Shown here: in pieces, positions 28,397 to 41,432 of the stretch
Layout of the letters: every line of letters begins with the position of its first letter
Numbering within the stretch: the stretch's first letter is position 1
Assembly: GCA_049840435.1 (NCBI GenBank)
Contig: JASGKY010000038.1
Span: 25,333 to 89,332, forward strand
DNA from: Verrucomicrobiota bacterium
GTDB taxonomy: Bacteria; Verrucomicrobiota; Verrucomicrobiia; Limisphaerales; JADLHS01
Direction: 5' to 3'
Length of the DNA stretch: 64,000 bases
Program-made: the position numbers and the translations under genes
The notes under the pieces: generated by a model
What the model was told of the DNA's origin: nothing
Databases searched by the model: none
What the model saw: only the letters and a program-made list of their open reading frames with translations

Positions 28397-29392
28397 TCAA
28401 GCGCGATAGCTGGAAACCGCCCGCATGTATTGCGCCCGCTCGAACGCCGCCGGATCGGGGCAGTTCTTCTGGCTCATGCTGCCTTGCAGTTGCTCCACCG
28501 ATTCGTAGTCGTGTTCGTCCATCCAAGCGCGAATTTCATTCTCCACTGTGGCAATGTGCTTCACGCCGTGCCGCAGCAATGCCGAGCACATCATCGTCAC
28601 ATCCGCCCCGGCCATGAGCATCTTGATCGCATCGGTGGCGCGGTGAATCCCACTGGTCGCCGCCAGACTGAGCCCGACTTGATCGCGCAGGATCGCAATC
28701 CAACGCAAGGGCACGCGCATCGCCATCGGCGTGCTTAACAAAATGTTCGGGGTCACTTCGAGCGACTCGAGATCCATGTCCGGCTGATAAAAGCGGTTGA
28801 ACAGCGTCAATCCGTCCGCGCCCGCCGCTTCGAGGCGGCGCGCCATGTTGGCAAAGTTCGTGAAAAACGGACTAAGTTTCACCGCGACCGGAATGTTCAC
28901 CTGCTGTTTTACCGACCGCAGGATTTCCACATAGGTGTCCTCGATACGGATGGAGCTAAGCGACGGATCGGTGGGAATCCAATAGATGTTCAGTTCGATG
29001 GCATCCGCGCCAGCTTTCTCGATCTTTTGCGCGTATTCCACCCAGCCGCCCGGAGTGGAGCCGTTCAAGCTGGCAATAATGGGAATTTGCACCGCAGCCT
29101 TCGCCTTCTGGATGTTCTCCAGATACACCTCCGGCCCGACGTGAAACTCGGATGGTTCCGGAAAATACGTCAACGCCTCGGCGAAGCTCTCGGTACCCTG
29201 CGTCAGGCTCTCGAACAATTCCCGCCGTTCCAGCGAAAGCTGCTCCTCAAACAACGAGTGCATCACGACGGCTGCCGCCCCCGCGTCTTCCATGCGTTTG
29301 AAGTTATCCACGTTCTCCGTGAGCGGCTGCGCCGCCGACGGCACGAGCGGGGAACGAAGTTTCAAACCGAGATAGGTTGTGCTGAGATTCAT
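28397..29392 (-). CDS. Dihydroorotate dehydrogenase-family (class 1 DHOD/DPD-like TIM-barrel) flavoprotein of unknown role
   Basis: 331 aa: MNLSTTYLGLKLRSPLVPSA..., IIASLNG, GADAIELNIY, PVAVKLSPFF, GADGLTLFNR, ATSGIHRATDAIKMLMAGA. It starts 18 nt downstream of PFOR. Confidence 0.75.
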   Translation of the reverse strand: MNLSTTYLGLKLRSPLVPSAAQPLTENVDNFKRMEDAGAAAVVMHSLFEEQLSLERRELFESLTQGTESFAEALTYFPEPSEFHVGPEVYLENIQKAKAAVQIPIIASLNGSTPGGWVEYAQKIEKAGADAIELNIYWIPTDPSLSSIRIEDTYVEILRSVKQQVNIPVAVKLSPFFTNFANMARRLEAAGADGLTLFNRFYQPDMDLESLEVTPNILLSTPMAMRVPLRWIAILRDQVGLSLAATSGIHRATDAIKMLMAGADVTMMCSALLRHGVKHIATVENEIRAWMDEHDYESVEQLQGSMSQKNCPDPAAFERAQYMRAVSSYRA

Positions 29393-29410
29393 AATGATTA
29401 GTTCCTTGGC

Positions 29411-33071
<3,661 letters not shown>

Positions 33072-33151
33072 TCATCCCTTGCCAAACAGTGAGCGAAAAT
33101 TGTTTTGCTGCGCCAAGATTTGCAATACGCCGTCCGCGCCTCAACTTTCGT

Positions 33152-34240
33152 TCACGGTTTGATTGGCGTCGTGGCCAGAACGATCCACTCCTTCGGCTCC
33201 GCTTGGGTTGGTTTGAAACCAAGCTGCTGCGTGAGCGCGTCAGCATCATACATTGTGAAACCTTTCCAGCCCTCCTCACCAGGCTTGAAGCCAAGCCCCG
33301 CAGCCCAAGGCTGGCCTTCCAACTTCACATCTTCGATTAACTCGCCCGCCCCAATGCGAATGCTTCGATCACAACGAAACTTTCTTTCGCCACTCTCGTA
33401 AATCGCCACCACGCCCGTCTCTGCATCATCACCGATCAGTGCCGCAATGGAAGTCGTCGCCAGTTTTTTGGAAATAAATTCCGCCAACGTGGTGAGGTTT
33501 GCGACGTCCTTGTCTTCCCAAAAGATCGAGCCGTCTATAACCACATAGCCGTTGTCGGTCGCATGCGCCATGAAGTTTCCTTCGATTGTCGCATTCGTTG
33601 TCGCGAGAATGAAAAGTTTTTGTTTGTTGCGCTCGCCATAAAACTCCACGCATGCCTGCGTCACCCCCGCAACATCCGACGATTTGACCAGCACCATCGT
33701 GCCATCGTCATCGGGCAGCACGTTGGTGATTTTCGCCAGTGAAGTCGAAGTCTCGTCAGCCGCTTTATTATCCCCGTGCCCGGTGAGTTCCTTTACCCAT
33801 GTGATCAAATTAGCAACGGCAGTGACTTTCTGGGAAATTTTATCAATCGAAGCCACGATCCCCCACAAGACAAAAAATGCGATGATGAGCCAGGTCTTCC
33901 ACCCGACCTTGACCTCCCGCACACTGCCTGACGAGCTGTCTTCCGCTTCCGAATCTTCCGCCTCGGCGGGGGTTAGAACGGGAGCAACCGAAGGCGGCGT
34001 ATGGGGGCGACTGATACTTAAACCTGAAGGCCGCATCGGCGCGGGCGCAGGCGGTGGTGGAGGTGCGCTTGGTGCGGGGATCGGCGTCGGGGGCAACAGT
34101 TGTTGCAAGAGGACATTGGCGCGCGCCGTGCCATCGACACCACAGACCGGGCAATTCACACTGAACGGCATTTGGCCATGCACCGGCTCGACATCAAACT
34201 TGAACTTCTGACCACAATCGCACTGGATTTTGATTTCCAT
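33152..34240 (-). CDS. Hypothetical membrane protein: N-terminal zinc ribbon, Pro-rich linker, one TM helix, ~210-aa uncharacterised C-terminal domain
   Basis: 362 aa: MEIKIQCDCGQKFKF...VNCPVCG (CxC...CxxC), a PPTPIPAPSAPPPPPAPAP linker and TM helix WKTWLIIAFFVLWGIVASI. I do not recognise the C-terminal domain. Confidence 0.6.
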   Translation of the reverse strand: MEIKIQCDCGQKFKFDVEPVHGQMPFSVNCPVCGVDGTARANVLLQQLLPPTPIPAPSAPPPPPAPAPMRPSGLSISRPHTPPSVAPVLTPAEAEDSEAEDSSSGSVREVKVGWKTWLIIAFFVLWGIVASIDKISQKVTAVANLITWVKELTGHGDNKAADETSTSLAKITNVLPDDDGTMVLVKSSDVAGVTQACVEFYGERNKQKLFILATTNATIEGNFMAHATDNGYVVIDGSIFWEDKDVANLTTLAEFISKKLATTSIAALIGDDAETGVVAIYESGERKFRCDRSIRIGAGELIEDVKLEGQPWAAGLGFKPGEEGWKGFTMYDADALTQQLGFKPTQAEPKEWIVLATTPIKP

Positions 34241-34328
34241 AGGCCGCGTTTCTGACCAGCGCGGGTTTGATGATGCGCCGGGAGTAAAGCAAGCTTAAAG
34301 CGATTGCTTTGAGGTAGCAACCCCGCTG

Positions 34329-34790
34329 TCAGGGCCTCAGCTTCAATACCGGTGCTGGATGTTCATGCAACGGGTTTCGGGTAAAGTCTTCGGCTTCCAA
34401 CCAGCCCAGCCACACTTCGATCAACCCTAGGACTTCGCGGAGATCAAGGTGCTCCTGAACGGAGGGATATTGGCTCAAGTTGGTCCGGGCGAGCTTGAAC
34501 AGCGCAGCCGAGGGACGCAACCGTTCCTTCTGGAGATGAACGTATGCACCTGCCAGCTGGATAAGCCCCTTGTAAAAATTCCCGGCCGGCCCGTGCTTAT
34601 CCGCCAACCAGAGTTCTTCAAGCACATCGTGGGCTTCATAGAACTGCTGCTGGTTGAAGCAATCGAAATAGCCCAGATAATGCGCGTCCAGACCGCCGCC
34701 TTGGAAAGCCGCGATGCGTTCGGCGATTTTGCCGCTCTTCTTGCTCACGCCCTCCAGCCTAAACAACGCGCCCCGCTGGGCCAAAGGCAA
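34329..34790 (-). CDS. DUF309-family protein
   Basis: 153 aa with the core FNQQQFYEAHDVLEELW...GLIQLAGAYVHLQ, typical of DUF309. Confidence 0.6.
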   Translation of the reverse strand: MPLAQRGALFRLEGVSKKSGKIAERIAAFQGGGLDAHYLGYFDCFNQQQFYEAHDVLEELWLADKHGPAGNFYKGLIQLAGAYVHLQKERLRPSAALFKLARTNLSQYPSVQEHLDLREVLGLIEVWLGWLEAEDFTRNPLHEHPAPVLKLRP

Positions 34791-34846
34791 ATCCAGCGCG
34801 GAAATTTTCGCGTGCTATTTGTTGCGGCCATTTCTAACTTTGCCTA

Positions 34847-36076
34847 ATGACAATCTGGTTGCTGACACTCTTGCTGCTGGGCGGTTTTGCGCTCGCGGGC
34901 TATCAACAAGGCGCGATCCGCGCCGGCATCGCCTTCTTGGGGGTGTTCTTCGCCGTAATGCTGGCAGCATTGATTGGAAAAATCTTCGGCCCGATCTTGG
35001 GTGCATTGGGCGTGATCAATCCCGTTTGGCGCTGGGTGCTGCCGCCCTTCCTCGGATTCGTGCTCGTGATGGGGATAGTGTATACCGCTGCATTCTTCGT
35101 GCATCAGAAAGTAGACGTTTATTACAAATACAAAGCGGGCGACCTGCGGCTCGCGCTCTGGGAACGCTTGAACACCCGCCTCGGCGTCTGCGTCGGCTTG
35201 CTCAATGGCGTCGCTTACTTGGTGCTCCTAGCTTTTGTCATCCACGCGTTCAGCTACTGGACCGTGCAGATGGCTTCCTCCGACACTGATCCGAAAAGCA
35301 TGCGCCTGCTCAATGCGCTGGGCCGTGACCTCCAAAGCACCGGCATGAACCGCGTCGGCAAAGCGATTGACCCGTTGAAACCTGCCTTTTATGACACGGC
35401 CGATCTGGCTGGAAAACTTTATTGCAATCCAATGCTTGAAGCCCGGCTGCTGCGCTATCCGGGCTTCCTGACACTGGGTGAAAAAGCGGAATTCCAAACG
35501 CTTGGACAAGACGCTGCTTTTGCGGAAATGCGACTCAAAGGGGCATCCATCAATGAAGCCTTGGAGCAATCCTCCGCCAAAGCCGTGTTCGCCAATCCGG
35601 AATTGCTCAAGGATATCTGGGCCACCGTCCAGCCGGATCTGGCAGACCTGAACACGTTCCTCGATACCGGCAAGTCGGCTAAATACGATAAACATGAAGG
35701 CGGCAGACTCCTCGGTCGCTGGCGCTTTGATGCCAACAGCTCAGTCCTCGCTTATCGGCGTCAAAAGCCAACGGTCATTGGCGCGGAAGCCGCCCGGCTC
35801 CGAACCGCACTCCGGGAACGTTACGGCAAATGTGCCATCGTCGCCGCACCAGACAAGATGGTTGCGGTCAAAAACATTCCCGACACCAAAGCGCAGCTTC
35901 AACCCGGGCAAATGCCAGAGCTGAAAACTTACAAGGGCACGTGGGAAACTGATGGCCAAGAGGCCTACCTGTTCAATCTGGAAGGGGGCACGGACAAACG
36001 CGCCGCCAAGTTCGAAGGCACCCACCTTATTCTGTCCGGCGACACGATTCCGCTGGCATTCGTCAAAGAAGATTGA
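34847..36076 (+). CDS. CvpA-like membrane protein with a large soluble C-terminal domain
   Basis: 409 aa. The N-terminal ~130 aa form 3-4 TM helices resembling colicin V production protein CvpA (MTIWLLTLLLLGGFALAGYQQGAIRAGIAFLGVFFAVML). The rest is uncharacterised. Confidence 0.55.
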   Translation: MTIWLLTLLLLGGFALAGYQQGAIRAGIAFLGVFFAVMLAALIGKIFGPILGALGVINPVWRWVLPPFLGFVLVMGIVYTAAFFVHQKVDVYYKYKAGDLRLALWERLNTRLGVCVGLLNGVAYLVLLAFVIHAFSYWTVQMASSDTDPKSMRLLNALGRDLQSTGMNRVGKAIDPLKPAFYDTADLAGKLYCNPMLEARLLRYPGFLTLGEKAEFQTLGQDAAFAEMRLKGASINEALEQSSAKAVFANPELLKDIWATVQPDLADLNTFLDTGKSAKYDKHEGGRLLGRWRFDANSSVLAYRRQKPTVIGAEAARLRTALRERYGKCAIVAAPDKMVAVKNIPDTKAQLQPGQMPELKTYKGTWETDGQEAYLFNLEGGTDKRAAKFEGTHLILSGDTIPLAFVKED

Positions 36077-36105
36077 TCAATCCCAGTTAACTGAAATCTA
36101 AAAAA

Positions 36106-36136
36106 GAAGAGGCGCGAGCTAACCTCGCGCCTTTTT
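36106..36136. terminator. Bidirectional intrinsic terminator between convergent genes
   Basis: aaaaaGAAGAGGCGCGAGctaacCTCGCGCCTtttttcgtttc: a 9-bp GC-rich stem (extendable with A-T/G-U pairs) and a 5-nt loop, with a T-tract on the plus strand and an A-tract upstream (a T-tract for the minus strand). Confidence 0.75.
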
Positions 36137-36156
36137 CGTTTCAAAATCAAATCACC

Positions 36157-36651
36157 TCATGGAGCAATCTGTCGTCCAGACGTGGGCGCCGTCTGAATAT
36201 TAGGGGTCAGATCGAATAGTGACGACCTTGGCATCATCGCAGTCGGATTGGTGCTGCTCGAGAAAGTAGCTGTGCCCGCCGCCGTGGTGGCCAGCAAGGA
36301 TTGGTTGGTTACGTCAGATTGTTTTTTTCCCAGCTCATTCGCAGCCAAGCCGGGCTGGAACGACGGTTTACCTGCCAAAAAGCCTCCAACCAACAACAAT
36401 CCACACATGCCCGCTGAGACCAAACCTGAAAGTGCCGGCCGCCGCTCGATCGCCGCCCACAGCCGTTGCAGCCATGGCGCTTGGGTCATGGCTTCCTCGA
36501 AATTATCCAACCGCGCGGTTTCGCCCGCCCGCAGCCGAGCAGTCACTTGACCAGAAAGATCCTTGAAATAGCGCGGATGAGGCTGCTCGTAGCGCTTGAG
36601 CTTAAGCAGTTGCTGCAACTTCTCAAAATCCTGATTCTGGTTTTCGCTCAT
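36157..36651 (-). CDS. Putative membrane-bound anti-sigma factor
   Basis: 164 aa, starting 40 nt downstream of the ECF sigma gene. Cytoplasmic N-terminus, one TM helix (LSGLVSAGMCGLLLVGGFLAG) and a Ser/Thr-rich exterior tail. No family motif is recognised, so the call rests on position. Confidence 0.45.
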   Translation of the reverse strand: MSENQNQDFEKLQQLLKLKRYEQPHPRYFKDLSGQVTARLRAGETARLDNFEEAMTQAPWLQRLWAAIERRPALSGLVSAGMCGLLLVGGFLAGKPSFQPGLAANELGKKQSDVTNQSLLATTAAGTATFSSSTNPTAMMPRSSLFDLTPNIQTAPTSGRQIAP

Positions 36652-36691
36652 ACATCAACGACTAGTTATCAACTTGCACTCGCCCGGCTCG

Positions 36692-37357
36692 TCACTTCAA
36701 ATAATCCGCCAGATACCCCTGTAACTGCTGGCGCGCATAAAACAACCGCGACCGTACCGTCCCCACGTTGCAATCCATGATTTCAGCGATTTCCTCGTGG
36801 GCCAACCCTTGAACATCATGCAACGCCACCACGAGCCGGTGTTGATCTGACAGCTTCTGCATGGCCTCGTTCAATTTTTTTTGCAATTCGGACAAAGCCG
36901 CATCGCGCCGCGGCGTTTTATCAGAAATCAGCGCCACCAGATCGGGGTCATTTTCCGCATTGAAGTCCAGATCGTTCAGACTCATGGAGGAACGATGTTT
37001 CCGTTGCTTGAGGAAATTGATCGTCTTGTTGACTGCTATCCGATAGACCCAAGTATAAAAACTTGATCCACCTTTGAAGGATTTCAGGGCGTGATAAGCC
37101 TTGATAAAAGCTTCCTGAGTCAGGTCATTGGCGTCCTCATGGTTGGACGTCATATGATAAACCGTGGCGTAAATCCGCTCTTGATAGCGCCGGATTAATT
37201 CGTCATAGGCAGCCAAATCGCCCTTCTGGGCGCGCTGAATAATGGATTCCTCCTCAGCGCGAGTGGAGGATATGGCAGAGGTGGTCCCCGGTTTTCCCGC
37301 TGGACGCGCCCCTGGGTCCGGTGCCGATTCGGTCATGTTCAAGGGTATTGCAATCAT
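36692..37357 (-). CDS. ECF-type RNA polymerase sigma-70 family factor
   Basis: Region 2 (AYDELIRRYQERIYATVYHMTSNHEDANDLTQEAFIKAYHAL...FYTWVYRIAVN) and region 4 (LSDQHRLVVALHDVQGLAHEEIAEIMDCNVGTVRSRLFYAR). The ATG overlaps the upstream polyprenyl synthase stop as ATGA, though the start could instead be M8. Confidence 0.88.
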   Translation of the reverse strand: MIAIPLNMTESAPDPGARPAGKPGTTSAISSTRAEEESIIQRAQKGDLAAYDELIRRYQERIYATVYHMTSNHEDANDLTQEAFIKAYHALKSFKGGSSFYTWVYRIAVNKTINFLKQRKHRSSMSLNDLDFNAENDPDLVALISDKTPRRDAALSELQKKLNEAMQKLSDQHRLVVALHDVQGLAHEEIAEIMDCNVGTVRSRLFYARQQLQGYLADYLK

Positions 37358-38400
37358 TCTGACAACGCGGCCGTTTGCTGCGCCAGAAAATCTGTCACGC
37401 CCAGCAAACCCGCGCGTCCAACCGACTCTGGCAACGACCGCAGGCTTTGACGGGCCTGCCCCAGATAGCGTTCAATCAAATCCACCGTGGGCCGCAACGC
37501 CTGATACCGCGTCAACAACGGATGCACCTCCGCAAACGCCCCGGGTTGCCAGTTGGCTATCAAAGCTTCGAGCTTGGCCCGGTCTTCTTGGTTGGCCCGT
37601 TCCCACACCAGCAAGATTGGATACGTCAACTTGCCATTAGCCAGGTCCGTTCCGAGCGACTTGCCAGCATCCTTCTCCGTGCCGAACAAATCCACGCAGT
37701 CGTCATAAATCTGGTACGCCGTGCCGAACGCCATTCCGAACTCCCGCAATGCCGTCCGCTGCGCGGGCGTCGCGTTGCCGAGGAAGGCCGCCATATCGCA
37801 CGACAAGCCAAACAGCTCCGCCGTCTTCATCTCCAGCACGCGGAAGTATTCCTTGAGCGATAACTCGAAGTTCCGACGATGCCGCGTCTGCAAGATCTCC
37901 CCCGAGCAAACCGTGTTCGTCGCCGACGCGACCGCCCGACAAATCTCCGGGGTTGGAAAGCTCGCCGCCATTTTGAGTGCATGGGCGAACAGGCAGTCAC
38001 CAAATAATACCGCAATCTCGTTGCCCCAGTTTGCCGCGACGGTCAGCTTACCGCGTCGCAGTTGGGCCTCGTCCATCACATCGTCGTGGACCAATGTTGC
38101 CAGATGCACCATCTCGATGATGGCTGCGACGGTGACGTGAGAATCATTGATCTTGGTGAAAGAGTTCGCCGCCAGAGCTACCAGCGTGGGGCGCAGTTGC
38201 TTACCATTACCCGTCAGGGCGTATTCCGCGTATTGAGCTAATGCTGGGTCAAAAGCATTCACTTGCTCGGCCAGACGACGGGAAACCGCGTCAAGAAAGG
38301 GCTCGACGGGCTCTACGATTTGTCTCCAAGCGATTGATGGTTCGACTCGCGTCCCCACTGCGGGTTGTGCGGTCGGGACTTTTGACGCAACGGCCAACAT
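37354..38400 (-). CDS. Long-chain polyprenyl diphosphate synthase (IspB/HepT-like)
   Basis: 348 aa with two Asp-rich motifs, LVHDDVMDEAQLRRG and YQIYDDCVDLFG, plus GKQLRP. Confidence 0.88.
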   Translation of the reverse strand: MLAVASKVPTAQPAVGTRVEPSIAWRQIVEPVEPFLDAVSRRLAEQVNAFDPALAQYAEYALTGNGKQLRPTLVALAANSFTKINDSHVTVAAIIEMVHLATLVHDDVMDEAQLRRGKLTVAANWGNEIAVLFGDCLFAHALKMAASFPTPEICRAVASATNTVCSGEILQTRHRRNFELSLKEYFRVLEMKTAELFGLSCDMAAFLGNATPAQRTALREFGMAFGTAYQIYDDCVDLFGTEKDAGKSLGTDLANGKLTYPILLVWERANQEDRAKLEALIANWQPGAFAEVHPLLTRYQALRPTVDLIERYLGQARQSLRSLPESVGRAGLLGVTDFLAQQTAALSE

Positions 38401-38526
38401 GCGTTGTTAATTTAGGTTCCGTGATGAGATGAGTCAAACCTGATTCCGGACGACCGCCGAGGCAATACACATAAAAAATCCATTAGAAACGCTTTGCTCC
38501 TTCAGTTGTCTCGCTATAACTCCCCT

Positions 38527-40111
38527 ATGGACCGTATCCTAGCCGGTTTGCTTTTCCTCGGGCTCGTCGCCAACGCGTCCGCAGCGCAATTCGATACCAT
38601 CATCCGCCATGGCCGCGTCGTGGATGGCTCTGGCAACCCCGCTTTCTTCGCCGACGTCGCCATCAAAGACGGCCGCATCGTCCAAATCGGCAAGGTTACC
38701 GGCACAGCAAACAAGGAGATCGACGCCACAGGCCTCATCGTCGCGCCGGGCTTCATTGACGTCCACACTCACGCCGATGAAGTCGGCGATGCCGACTCCA
38801 AACCTTTTGAGCGACGCGCCGAAAACTTCCTCCGCATGGGCGTCACTACTCTCGTCGTCGGCAACTGCGGTGGCTCGGCCCTGAACGTCGCGAAATTCTT
38901 CGATGCCGTCGCCACCAATGGCATCTCGCCCAACGTCTGCACGCTCATCGGCCACAATACCGTCCGCGAGAAAGCCATGGGCGGCAGCTTCGATCGCCCA
39001 CCCACGACTGAAGAACTCGCCAAAATGAAAGGCTACGTCGAACAAGCCATGAAAGACGGCGCCGTCGGCCTCTCCACCGGCCTCATTTATCTCCCCGGCA
39101 CATTTTCCAAGCCCGACGAAGTCGTCGAACTCGCCAAAGTCATCGCGCCCTACGACGGCATTTACGCCAGCCACATGCGCCACGAAGACACCCAGATCTT
39201 CTCCGCTCTCGACGAAGTCTTCCGCGTCGCCCGCGAAGCCAAAGTCCGTGCCGAAGTCTCCCACATCAAGCTCAGCGGCGAGAAATCCGTGGGGACAAGC
39301 CGACAAAGTCCTCGCTTACCTCGATGCCGCCCGCGCCGAAGGCCTCGATATCACCGAAGATCAATACGCCTACACCGCTTCTTCCACCACGATGCGCCAA
39401 CTCATCCCCGACGACGCCTTCGATGGCGGCAAAACCAACTTCAATTCGCTCCTCGAGAATCCCGAAGAGAAAGCCGGCCTCGTCATGCGCATGAAACAGA
39501 AGCTCGATGCGCGCGGGCGCAAAGATTACGCCTACGCCGTCATCGCTTCCTACCGCCACGACCCTTCCCTGAACGGCCTCAACATCGTTGAAGCCACCAA
39601 GAAAGTTCGCGGCAACGACTCGCTCGGCGACCAGATCGAGATGATCCTGGAAATCGAGAAGAACGGCAGCGCCAGCGGCGTCTTCCACGGCATGAACGAA
39701 GAAGACCTCCAGAAATTCATGCAGCACCCCAACACCATGATCGCCTGCGACAGCGGATTACGCGAGTTCGGCAAAAGCGTTCCTCACCCACGCGGCTACG
39801 GCAACAACGCCCGCGTCCTGGGACGTTACGTGCGCGAATTAAAAGTCCTCCGCCTCGAAGACGCCATCCGCAAGATGACCAGTTTACCCGCCAACACCTT
39901 TCGCCTGAAAGACCGCGGCCTGCTCAAAGAAGGTTTCTGGGCTGACATCACCGTCTTCGACCCCGCAAAAGTCAACGACCCCGCCGCCTTCAACGACCCG
40001 CACCACTACGCCACCGGCATCCCGTATGTTTTAGTGAACGGCATCCCCGTCATCGCTAACAGCGAACACACCAGCGCCAAGCCCGGCCAGGGATTAAAAC
40101 ATCGCCCTTAA
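38527..40111 (+). pseudogene. D-aminoacylase (N-acyl-D-amino-acid deacylase, amidohydrolase superfamily), one frame break as assembled
   Basis: Signal peptide MDRILAGLLFLGLVANASA and metal site GFIDVHTHAD. ORFs 38494-39591 and 39248-40111 join at ...SHIKLSGEKS/(W or V)GQADKVLAYLDAARAEG..., with one extra nt at 39289-39294 (ccgtgggg). 1585-1 nt = 528 codons. Confidence 0.82.
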
Positions 40112-40117
40112 TTGAAC

Positions 40118-41326
40118 TCACCGGTTGCTTTTCTTATTCGCTAACGCGGTCGCCGCCGCTTTCTGGAATTCATGACGGACGTCGCTTGCATCGCTATTGG
40201 GAAAGTTGGCGCGTTGCACCATCAGCACGTAAGCCACGCCTTTGGCGGGATCAATCCACGCCTGTGTGCCCCATGCGCCGCCGTGGCCGTAACTGCCGGG
40301 CGACAGCATTTCCGCTACGCCTTCGTGCGGCGCCCGCAACACACAGCTGCCGATGCCCCAACCGTAGTTTGTGCCACGATTGCCCCAAGTGTCGTTTTGG
40401 AAAAAGCCAGTGGGCATGTTGCCGGTCTGCGGGGTAGCGAGGAATTTCAGCGCCTCGGCGCTGAGGTAACGTTTGCCATCAAGTGAACCGCCATTGAGCA
40501 GCATCTGGCAGAAGCGAGCGTAGTCGGGCGCGGTGGAAAAGAGGCCTCCATTGCCTTGCGGCGGACGGTCGCGCGGGCCGAAGTCGGGACGCGGCGGAAC
40601 GGCGTCGAGGGCTCCGGTGTCTTTATTCTTCGCATAGGCCGTGACCAAACGCGCGCGTTGCTCGGCCGTGGGATAGAACGTGGTATTCGTCATGCCGAGC
40701 GGATCAAACAGGCGCTTTTGCAGAAACGCATCGAAGCTCATGCCGCTGACGACTTCGACGATGCGCGCGCCGGCGTTGATGCCGCTCTGGCAATATTGCC
40801 ATTTCGCGCCGGGCTCGTATTGCATCGGCGCGGCAAGCCAGAGCGGGACGAGATCGGCGAGAGTTTTGGCCTGTCGCGCCGCGTTGGTGTTGCCATCACC
40901 GCCGGCTTCACCGAGGCCCGAGGTGTGCGTGAGGATCTGTGTGATGGTGAGATTGGCCGGTTTGCCGGAGGGTGTTTTCAGATGGGCAAACTCGGGCAGA
41001 TATTTTGCGACGGGATCAGCGACGTTGAGTTTGCCTTCGTCCTGCAACATCAGCAGTGCGACACCGGTGACAGGCTTGGTCATGGAAGCGATCCAGAACA
41101 AAGCGTCAGGTGATATGGGTTTCTTGTCGGCGACGTTGGCGAAGCCCGTGGCTTCAAAATGAACTGTCTTATCCTTCGCAACGACCACCGTGATCGCCCC
41201 GGCGATTTCATTTTTGGCGATCATCTCCTGCATCGCCGCGCTGACGCCGGGCAATTTTTGGGAGTCGGCAAGCGCTGGAAACGTGGCAAGCAAAGCAAGG
41301 CTAGCAGCGAGGCAGAGTGGCTTCAT
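40118..41326 (-). CDS. Serine hydrolase, beta-lactamase/PBP4* (class C-like) family, secreted
   Basis: 402 aa with a signal peptide (MKPLCLAASLALLATFPALA) and the SxxK motif in WIASMTKPVTG. Confidence 0.82.
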   Translation of the reverse strand: MKPLCLAASLALLATFPALADSQKLPGVSAAMQEMIAKNEIAGAITVVVAKDKTVHFEATGFANVADKKPISPDALFWIASMTKPVTGVALLMLQDEGKLNVADPVAKYLPEFAHLKTPSGKPANLTITQILTHTSGLGEAGGDGNTNAARQAKTLADLVPLWLAAPMQYEPGAKWQYCQSGINAGARIVEVVSGMSFDAFLQKRLFDPLGMTNTTFYPTAEQRARLVTAYAKNKDTGALDAVPPRPDFGPRDRPPQGNGGLFSTAPDYARFCQMLLNGGSLDGKRYLSAEALKFLATPQTGNMPTGFFQNDTWGNRGTNYGWGIGSCVLRAPHEGVAEMLSPGSYGHGGAWGTQAWIDPAKGVAYVLMVQRANFPNSDASDVRHEFQKAAATALANKKSNR

Positions 41327-41432
41327 ACCCGAAGGTTACGCTAGCCGTTCCGAATGAAGCAAGGACTTCAAGCCCGTTACAGGAGGCGATGAGTTCCTCG
41401 CTCCGCACGAGGAACTCATCCATAATTGCGAT

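Noticed and set aside
27614-28738. 374-aa plus-strand ORF bridging nuoI, the intergenic gap and the DHOD-like gene
   Set aside because: It is antisense to two conserved genes, and its composition and lack of motifs indicate an artefact.
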